In this document: positions 54,001-64,000 of the stretch, one piece after another
How the letters are laid out: each line of letters begins with the position of its first letter
Numbering within the stretch: the first letter of the stretch is position 1
Source of the DNA: Podarcis pityusensis
Taxonomy: Eukaryota
Length of the DNA stretch: 64,000 nucleotides
Strand: one strand, 5' to 3'
NCBI GenBank assembly: GCA_964106645.2
Contig: OZ067052.1
Program-made: the position numbers and the translations under genes
Notes under the pieces: model-generated
The model's input: the letters and a program-made list of their open reading frames with translations, nothing else
What the model was told of the DNA's origin: nothing
The model's database searches: none

Positions 54001-54567
54001 AGTGTTGCTTGATGTGGTACCACAGCCTTGTCAATGTTTGGATGTGTGCCAAGACTGCAGCTCAGCATCTCGTACGGATAGAGCCCCTTCTATTCTCCAC
54101 CCCACCCCACCCCAAAGGTGGAAATCCATAGCTAAAGCAAGTGGGAGACTTCAGAAATCCGCTCTTCGGGTCAAACAACAGCAATTCTTAGTGACTGCAC
54201 CACGTTGCCACCACATCAAACTGTCAGCATCTATCGGTCCCCTTGAACACAGACTACAAAAATCAAATGAGATCTCAGGGTTGTTGTTGTTTTTAAACAG
54301 GCTTAAGAATTCCTGATTAAACTACAATAAAGAAAGTTTTAAAGGGGGAAACCTCCAGCTCAGACCATAAGCATATATGTCACTTTTAAAAAGTTTTCAA
54401 AACCTGGAAGATTGCTGAAATCTGAAACTTTTGAAGAAGAGTTGGTCACAAACTGGTTATAATTTGAGGCACCCATATCCAAGTTTGGTACAGTTACCCC
54501 CCCCAACCCTAGAGTTTTCCTTTCTAAAGGTTCAGGAAGTTCTACTTGCACACACAGACACACACTG

Positions 54568-54715
54568 CCTGTAGCTCATTGGTAGAGCATCTGCCTTGCA
54601 TGCAGATGGTCCCAGGTTCCATCGCCGGCATCTCCAGATAGGGCTGTGAGGCAGACCCCTGCCTGAAACCCTGGAGAGCCGCTACCAGTCAGTGTAGACA
54701 ACACTGAGCTAGATT
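54568..54715 (+). mobile_element. Squam2-like SINE (more copies near 1868, 9915, 19988, 29975, 52520, 53505)
   Basis: tgtagctcattggtagagcatctgccttgcatgcagatggtcccaggttc... Confidence 0.78.
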
Positions 54716-54841
54716 ATGGGGAAGAGTGCATACACTGGCATCTACTGTTGAAAATAACATTTTATAAAAGGAATTACATTAGGGATGTTGCTTAGCAAAT
54801 GTCTGAACGTGAGGCAAATCTGCAAACAGAAAATGGGTATA

Positions 54842-55096
54842 GAGTCGTACCTTGGAAGTTGAACGGAATCCGTTCTGGAAGTCTGTTCGACTTCCAAAAC
54901 ATTCGGAAACGAAAGCATGGCTTCTGATTGGCTGCAGGAAGCTCCTGCAGCCAATCGGAAGCCGCGGAACCCCCCCCCCTTCGGATGTTCAGGTCCCCCA
55001 AAAAATTCAAAAACCGGAACATTCACTTCCGGGTTTTGATCGATCGGGGGCCGAAAGGTACGAGTACCAAGGCGTTTGACAACCAAGGTACGACTG
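54842..55096. mobile_element. Tigger-like MITE (third subfamily)
   Basis: TIRs (C/G)AGTCGTACCTTGG; TA flanks; CpG-rich. Confidence 0.82.
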
Positions 55097-55147
55097 TATT
55101 TGGAGAAGTGAGTAGTTAAAATGCTGGTGGATTTTCATGAGAAAACA

Positions 55148-55284
55148 ATAGAATCATAGTTGGAAGGGGCCATGAGGATCGCCTAATCCAACTCCCTGCA
55201 ATGCAGGAATCTTTTGCCCAACATGGGGCTCAAATCCATGGCCCTGAGGTTAAGAGCCTCCTGCTCTTTGCCGACTGAGCTATA
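55148..55284 (-). mobile_element. tRNA-Lys-derived SINE with CR1-type 3' tail
   Basis: Minus strand tagctcagtcggcaaagagcaggaggctcttaacctcagggccatggatttgagccccatgttgggc resembles tRNA-Lys(CTT); followed by ggagttgga...ccttccaactatgattctat (CR1 terminal motif). Confidence 0.72.
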
Positions 55285-56986
55285 CTACAACCTGATGCCA
55301 AAATATGGCAAGCTGTAGTTAAGATTGGGGAAATGGGGGGCAAAAAACCTGAGAGAAACCGAAATTGACAGATCAACACATCTGCACCCTCTTGTTTGCA
55401 ATCCCCGCAACTGGAATTCAGCAACGCGCTGCCTCTGAAACTGGATGTAAAATATAGCCATCGTGTTGCCAGGGGGCAGGGGTGTGAGTTAGTAAATGGG
55501 TGGGTGGGCCTCCATGCCTAAAGGCTAGATAGATGGCCTTTCAAACTCTACACTGTTCAGAAGTTTTTCGAGATCTGATTATGTACAACTTACTTTGGGG
55601 CACGGGGTGGAGGAAAAGACTAAGAAAGTAAGGCAATAAAATCAGGAAGGGATTTTATTTCCCCACAAAATCTGAGGGGGCAGGAAAGGAAGTACCCCAT
55701 ACAGATCTGATTTCACACTTTAATTCAGAAAATGTTATTAGCAGCCATGGAAGAACCATGTAATGCCTTGAAATCAAGGCTAGTTTCCCTGCTGCTTTGG
55801 CTTCAGCAAACGGGAAAGCGGATCCCTCGGTTATCTCAAGGCCATGATGTGGGGAGAAACTGACACCTATTGGTAACTTTCAGATTACTCCACAAATGCT
55901 GTTTTCCTCCACTTTGAAGAAAGGGACGCTGCTTTAAGCTTTAAACACACACACACAAAGAGCAAAACGATGTAATGCAAAGACTAAGTAAATTCAAGGC
56001 ATTTCCACCCCCCTCCTGCCATTAAATTCTAAGCTTATTTAGCTATATCTTTCCTTTTAAGGACAACCAAACCTACTTCTAAAGTAAGCTTGGGTTCCAG
56101 CATGCAGGGAGGGGACCACGATAAGCAAACAAATATACATTAAGGCTAGCCTAGTTCATCCTCTTCAAAAGGTCAGAAAAGTTTACATTTAACATCTGGG
56201 GCAAAAGACAGATTTCTGCTTACACAAACTGAAGTTAGGACTTCTGTCAGGGTGGACCTCAGTTCCTCTCCTTCTTCAGATGCCCATTGTTTCCCCACAG
56301 AACAAGACAGGGACATGCAAATGTGGACGCTAATTCATGCACGGATTTATTTATTTACAAACATGTAGCCTACTTTTCCAGTGGTGTCCTCAAGGAGGCT
56401 CAAAGCATAAATAAAAGAAGCAGCGCACCCTCCTCAAACTTGGTGCACAGTCGTTCTTTTCCGCATTAAGAACTGGAGGTACGCTTCAGTCTAGTTGATA
56501 CAGAACCAGCTAGGGACAGGCAAATCTGTCCATTCCAATTTATCACTTTTCCAATCATCAGTTCTGCACATTTCAACATGAGGTGGGGTTTTTTTAAGTC
56601 CTCATGAAAACCCACCAACATTTCGCCTAATACATGCACTTCTACTCACACTTTCCCCTAGTATATTTATTTTTGAACTCATTACTTGGTGTGAGAACAG
56701 CACAACAAAATTCAGAGAAGTGTGGACTTCAAAGTATGGTTGTCGCTTTGGTTTGTGGATTGCTTCAGAAACTGCAATCCGGGAACGTCACCTATAAACG
56801 CCAGCTGAATCTAATTTCTCCCCCATCACTAGAACCAACTCATGTGAACACCAAAGGTGACACAGAATTCCAGGCGGGCAAGTGAGCAGGGCTGATTTCT
56901 GTCTCCCCAACCAGCCTGCTTGATTTCTGTGCTGTCTGGAAATGGAGCATAGATATGCAGTAAGCTGGCTAAGGGTGAACAGAGCT

Positions 56987-57379
56987 AGGGCCAGCCCAAG
57001 ACGTTTTGGCACCTGAGGCGAACCCACAAAATATTGCCTCTCATCGGCAAGTAAAGAAGTGGGGAGTGAGGTTCTACACTGGGAACGAAAGGCATGGAAT
57101 CAAGTCATCCTTACCCAATGGTTGAAGGGGGTTGCAGAACCCAGGAGACCCCAAAGCGCAGCCCTTGCCATTTTCTCCTTAGGGGTGGGAGGAGACCAAC
57201 AGTGCCCCCTATTTGTCTAGGCAGCATTGCGGGGGAGCTGGAAGGAGGAAGCAGATCTGGCCTCCAAGGGGAGTGTTGCAGCAGACAATACATTCCTTGG
57301 AGAGTGGATCTGCTGCTCTTGTGGATCCTGCCACCCAAGGCAGCCACCTCACCTTGCCTCATGGGCGGGCCGACCCTGG
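56987..57379. mobile_element. Probable hAT-type non-autonomous element
   Basis: Inverted termini agggccagccca ... cgggccgaccctg; similar 3' end at ~23520-23578. Confidence 0.45.
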
Positions 57380-57789
57380 ACACAGCAATCCATCCGTCCT
57401 TCTGACAGCCCCCTTGGCAGATTACAAATTATTTTACTAGTCTGCTTAGAGACTAATTGCTTGCATTTCTATGCTGGTTGCAGAAGAGGGGGCCTTATCC
57501 TATTCCACGGTCAGCCCAGAGTTGTAGGCCACTAACCCCTTAGAAGGCTAGTAAAAAATCTACAAGCTTAGAACATGTGTAGGCTTGTTTACACTAAAAT
57601 AAATATGGGGGGGGGGTTTCAACCATCAGTTGTGGTGTGGGCAGCATCAAAGAATCCCAATGTGTCACTGCTTTCTGCTTCAGGATGATGTCACTGCAGC
57701 TGGGGGTAGAGGCAGTGGGGAAATCAGCATTGCAGATTCCTGCTCTGATGGATTTAGAAGCAACAAGGGATGCTGCAGCCCCTCTGATG

Positions 57790-59140
57790 ACACAATAGTT
57801 CTCAACCACCTGACACCTGTGCAGTGGAGTCTGCCACGCTTTCATCTTATTCCCCATGCTGTTTAACATCCACTGGGTGAGGTCATCCAGGGATTTGGAG
57901 CATGCTGTCATCAATGTGTGGATGACAACCAGCTCTATTTCTCCTTGTCAGCAGAATCAGGGGAGGCCGTGCTGTCACTGCTGCTGCTGCTGGACTGGAG
58001 GCAGTAATGGGCTGGATGAGAGTCAACCCACTGAGATGGAATCCTGAGGAGGTGCAGTTCACATGCCCAGGATGCAGGAAGATGATCTGCTCCTAACAGG
58101 GATGACCTCCCCTTAACGGAGCAGTTTTGTAGTTGGGGAGGGGGAACTACTAGATCAGGCATAGGCAAACTCGGCCCTCTGGGTGTTTTGGGACTACAAC
58201 TCCCATCATCCCTGACCACTGGTCCTGTTAGCTAGGGATGATGGGAGTTGTAGTCCCAAAACACCCCGAGGGCTGAGTTTGCCTATGCCTATACTAAATC
58301 CAGTACATGTGGCATTTGTGATATGCATTACATTTTTCTCAGCTATGGTTTGCCAGCTATAACCGTTCCTGGACTGAGATGGTCTGGCCAGAATAACTCA
58401 TTCTTTAATAACCTTCTATTTTTATTGCTGTAATAAGCTGGGAGGGGGCCATCCTTGAAGACAGTTCAAGGAAGCTGGCACATACTTTTTGCAACCATAT
58501 AACGTCAGTTTTACAAGAGTTGCACTTGTCATATGCATGTGACTGAGCAAACCCGAACAACTTTGCACCTAAGTACTCAAAGAAGTGCCTCTCCCTATAT
58601 CAATCTGCCTGGGCCCTAAGATCTGCAAAAGAGACCCTTCTAGGGGTCCTGCCAGCATTTCTGGGGTACATCAGGCATTAACTGTGGGCCTTTTCTGTGG
58701 TGGCACACCAGGTATAGAATTCCCTCCCATTAGAAATATGACAAGTGTGTACATTGTATAGCTTTCTCCACCAGTTGAAAACATCTTTCTTCCCCAAGGC
58801 ACTTGAAGGTAGTTGATGAATCCTTGTCAAATATAACTGCTTTCTGCTGTTGCTTGGTATGGATTTTAGTACTGCTCTTCATTTGCTATATAGCCCATGC
58901 AGGGGAACCTCTTGCCCTCCAGATGCTGCTGAACTACAACTCCCATCAGCACCAGCAAGCATGGTCAATGGCCAGGCATGATGGAAGTTGTAGTTCGGCC
59001 ACATCTGGTGGGCCAAAGGTTCCCCACAACTGTTATATCATGTTTTATAATTTTAGTAATACATTCTATATGTGTAAACTGCCCTGGGGCTATTTATGAT
59101 GAAGAGTGGAACAGAAATTTATTGAACTAATAAATAATAT
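57790..59140 (+). mobile_element. Fragmented old L2 LINE (RT and 3' end), interrupted by MITEs
   Basis: Degenerate RT motifs PMLFNI...PLGEVIQGFGACCHQCVDDNQLYFS (YADD region), LEAVMGWMRVN; later AFSVVAHQV.NSLP-type 3' motif. Confidence 0.7.
58156..58291. mobile_element. hAT palindromic MITE, same family as 20025-20160
   Basis: Same TIRs; 8-bp TSD tactagat / tactaaat (1 mismatch). Confidence 0.88.
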
Positions 59141-60078
59141 TTTAAAAAACAGTGTGCCCTGGCACAACCTTTTCGCCTTGCAGTAGAAAATGCTTTTAAA
59201 AACAAAAATAGACGAATAATGCCAAGTCAGTATAAAACAGGAAACAATCTGAAATAGCAACTCCCAACCATCTATAACCAAGGCAAGTTAACAGAAGTGC
59301 CAACTAAGTAACGCTGGTGTATTTCTGATCAGAGCGATTCTGGGTCATCGCCAATAAGTTCCTGCTGCCGGGGGTAACCAAGCTTACCTGTAAAAAGGTG
59401 TCATTTCTGCATCGTCAGATTCCATTATATGGAAGCAAACATTCTCTAAACATCCATGTTTGACAAACCTTGAAAAAGGTATCTCTAGCCCAATATGAGT
59501 TTGCTTGAGGACTATCATAAGTGGTCTGAAATACTAGGGGAGAGATTGTGCACTTCCTTAATGGCATCCCTTTTGCACACGTCCCATTGAGTAAGCAACT
59601 ATTATCCCATTAGAAAACCATTTCAAACCAGAAGAATCTGGGAGCAACACTTTGAACACACGTTTTAATTCCTACAGCAGTAGGATGAGGACTGTCAACA
59701 GGTTGGGAGCCAGAAAAAGCAAACAGGAATAATCCAATGGGGATGGATTGGCACTGTGTAAGAGCACACCACTCTCGCAAAACTCTCCTACCAGGAATGA
59801 TGAACCTGTGGCCTTTCATGCTACCTGAGGCCGATGGGAATTTGAGTCCAGCATCATGGGGGGGGGGGTGTCACCTCCATTTTATACCTTTCAAAGGGGC
59901 TTGTGCAGGACAAATCCCCTTGTCGTGCCCCTTGGTTTTACAAGTACTGGGTCCCCAACAGATCGACAATAGCTCCCAGATTTGGCCACCATGCAAGCAG
60001 TACTCTGTTTTTAAGGAGGTCACCTAGGCCAGGTAACAAGTCTGATCAAGTTGGGTTTGATTCGACCACAACCATTCA

Positions 60079-60285
<207 letters not shown>

Positions 60286-61544
60286 CTATAGGGTATAATA
60301 ACAATAATAACAATAATAATACACACTGGTCCCACTTTACAAATGCTCACTATGCAAAAATTCACTTATCCAAACACAAAGAATCATTACCCAAACTTCA
60401 ATATATAACCACAGGTTCAAATATCTGAACAGAAAGCAATTTTTACTTCCTTGTTTGCCTTTTGCTGATTGGTTGAGGGAGGAAGATGGAGTGATTGGAC
60501 AAATCAGAGAGCATTTTCTCTAGGTTTTCCCATCTCCCCCCCCCCCCAATGTTGGCTCAAAATTCCATGGTTGGAAACAATTAGAAAATTTCACATAGGA
60601 ATCAATGGAAATCATTGACTTATTACATGAATACTTGCCTAACGAGCCATTTCCAGGGCAATGCACTGTGTTTGTAAAGCGGGATCTGTGTGTCACTATA
60701 ATTATGATAATCACTATTATTGAAAGTTGTCTGTTCTCTATGCATCTGGACCCCTCTTAAAACGCCATAACCAAATTTTGTACGATGGTTCCTGAGATCA
60801 AGGAGCAAGTTTTTGTCTATATTTGGACATAAAGGTGGGCGCCATTTTGCTTCAAGATGGCAGACTGAAACTGAACCTTTCAAAACTGCACTGACTTGAA
60901 GCAATGACTTCAAAACTACCTCAATTTTGTTTGTTGGTTTCTTAGAATTCCTGAGCAATGCTGGTTATGAGGCTGTTAACATATTTTAGGGAGCAGGCAC
61001 GGCAGGCACAGAAGCTGAATTCTGTGGCCAATACCAGATTGAGTTATTTGGGATGGTGTGTGTGTGTGTGTGTGTGTTTGTGTGAAACCTCAGGCAGCAA
61101 TCCTGGGTGTGAGAGTGCAGGAACTGCAAATGTAGTGTGTGCCTCCATTTCCACCTGTGAGATGCCAGAGAGAATACAAGAGGGTTTGTACCTCTTTAAT
61201 AAAACCAGTGTTATGCCTCCTGCAATTTACATTTATTTTTTTTAAAGCATCCTTTCTCCCCGGTGACTCAAAATGAAAATCCATCACTACCACACGGCAT
61301 ATTAATCTAAAAAGTGTTTCATCCTCAAAAATAATCACATTGCTGGTTTTTATTGCAAATCTGCCGGGCGTAACAGCCGTGCCTTATTTGCTGAAAGTGT
61401 TTTGTGTGTCCCCCGTTCCCCTCCCCATACAATGGAATTAAGAGGAGGGGAGTGGGATAGGGTTTATGTAATGAATCACTTAAAATGATTATCAGGACAT
61501 GAAGCACAAGGACGACGACAACAAAACAAAAATTTCAAGGGGAC

Positions 61545-61840
61545 AGCAGCTGGGAAGCCATTTTAGATCTCTGCAGTAGACACCACATGTGGAATCAGCT
61601 CCAGCTGGTGCAAAATCCTGCAGTGAGGCTATTGGCTGCAGCAGCACATAACTCAGGTGATTAAAAGCTTGCACCGGCTGCCCATATGTTACTGGGCCAA
61701 ATTTAAGGAACTTGTATTGATTTACAAGGGCCTTAACAACTTGGGTCTAGGATACCTTAAGGACTGCCTCATCCCTTATAACCCTGCCTGAATCACTCAG
61801 ATCTTTGGGGGAGTCTTTGTTGGCCTGCCTCCCCCGCCCT
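61545..61840 (+). mobile_element. L2 LINE ORF2 C-terminal fragment
   Basis: QLQLVQNPAVRLL...LHRLPICYWAKFKELVLIYKGLNNLGLGYLKDCLIPY. Confidence 0.75.
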
Positions 61841-61993
61841 ATGGCTCAAATGTGCAGCTTATAACTACTTAAAATACTGCATTTGGTCCAAGCTGCTCCC
61901 ATGGAAGGCAATGATGGACAGCAATATGAAATATAAATGGCAAAGTGGGTTGGGGGATGGATGGAGCAAAGTATCCAAAGATAAAAGGGCTTA

Positions 61994-62650
<657 letters not shown>

Positions 62651-62755
62651 CAAAATGCATTTGAATATATAACAGTCAGAATGATATGATTCCCCAGAAG
62701 AGCATAAAAATGACTGACTGTAGCAATCTGCAGAATGCTACCAATAATAATAATA

Positions 62756-62988
62756 CAGTGGTACCTCGGGTTAAGAACTTAATTCGTTCCGGAGGTCAGT
62801 TCTTAACCTGAAACTGTTCTTAACCTGAAGCACCACTTTAGCTAATGGGCCTCCCGCTGCCGCCGCCACACGATTTCTATTCTCATCCTGAAGCAAAGTT
62901 CTTAACCCGAGGTACTACTTCTGGGTTAGCAGAGTCTGTAACCTGAAGCGTCTCTAACCTGAAGCGTCTGTAACCAGAGGTACCACTG
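62756..62988. mobile_element. Tigger-like MITE
   Basis: TIRs CAGTGGTACCTC(G/T)GGTTA; TA TSD at 62754-55 and 62989-90. Confidence 0.88.
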
Positions 62989-63606
62989 TAATAATATGGC
63001 ACATACAGTGGCTCAGATGCCAGATTTAGGGGATGGGGGAGAGATCAGAATTGCAGCCCAACAGCAGTTCAGTGCTTCCCCATAGCTTCCTGCAGCTCCC
63101 CATACTAACAAAGTTTGCATCAATTGCATTATTTTTGTTAGAAAGGATTAAAAATTCAGACTAAATTAAGCAAAGTAAGAGAAACTATAACTATTCAAGC
63201 TGCATAGTTTTATGTGTTTTGAAAAATACAGTATTATCATTATGAAGTTTGCAAGCTGGCTTACAAAAACAATGCAGCAAACATGGCAAGACATGTGCAT
63301 ATATGAAACCAACATGACACCAAGACATGGCTTCTGGAGATTTGGGTTGAAACTGCACATTATGAACTATGGGGCCCGCATGGGGGGGGGGGCTTAGGGG
63401 CAGAGATCAGGGGCGCTGCAGTGCTTGGCAGCATGAGCAGGAGTGGGCCCACATGCACGAGGACCATCTTATTTTGAAGCAAATACACATTACCAGTCAA
63501 TGAATGCACTTAACCATTAAAAGGGCTCTCATTGTGGAAGACCATTCAGTCCAGGGTCTATAGTTACCTAACCACACCACTGATTATGATGGTCGCAAGG
63601 TGGCCC

Positions 63607-63800
63607 TGACGTCAGTGGCCCAGTGCGTCTTCCCCCATCATATCAGGTAAGCTAAAAATGCACAGTGTGATGTCATCCTGCTGCGTGAACATCCCCGCCC
63701 ATGCTAACGAAAGCAGCCAATGAAGCGGAGGGGGAAAACTTACAACGGGATGACATCATCTGCTATAAAGTTACTGGGAAAGGGAGAAGAGGAGAGTGGG
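63607..63800 (+). promoter_or_regulatory. Candidate TATA promoter antisense to BCAS3 (CRE, two ATF-like sites, GC box, CCAAT, TATA)
   Basis: TGACGTCA 63607-14; TGATGTCATCC 63668-78; CCCCGCCC 63693-700; AGCCAATGA (CCAAT 63717-21); GGATGACATCA 63748-58; TATAAAG 63764-70; canonical order and spacing. Confidence 0.5.
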
Positions 63801-64000
63801 GAGAGGAGAGAACTACTACTTTTGGCAGCATTTCTCTCTCCCCCCCAACCTCCAATCCAAGCAATCTCTGTAATGTCTAGCTTTCAGCCCCCGTGTTTTG
63901 ACACATGGACAACTCAGGAGGATACTGGGTGGCCAAGAACTTTGAGATTTCACTGCGAAACACACACGTCGCCGGAATGGGACTTACGGACAAGCAGCTG

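Overview
Eukaryotic, repeat-rich vertebrate DNA. The SINE/LINE/MITE content points to a squamate, most likely a lacertid lizard (inference). The window lies inside BCAS3 (rudhira; WD40/PROPPIN-like protein) on the minus strand. Six GT-AG coding exons (108, 77, 77, 84, 171 and 94 nt; equivalent to human exons ~8-13) splice in frame to ...[204 protein letters not shown].... The rest is intron, filled with CR1, L2, L1/Tx1 and BovB LINE fragments, three SINE types, Tigger-like and hAT MITEs, solo LTRs and microsatellites, with repeat-free AT-rich blocks that look like conserved non-coding elements. The most notable unexplained signals are: (i) a compact CRE/ATF - GC box - CCAAT - ATF - TATA cluster on the + strand at the right edge, followed by open frames (candidate nested antisense gene); (ii) a candidate poison micro-exon next to a CNE-like block; (iii) inverted young SINEs bracketing the symmetric 171-nt exon; (iv) a sense L1 insertion ending about 90 nt before an exon acceptor. 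No prokaryotic systems, CRISPR arrays or intact RNA genes are seen.
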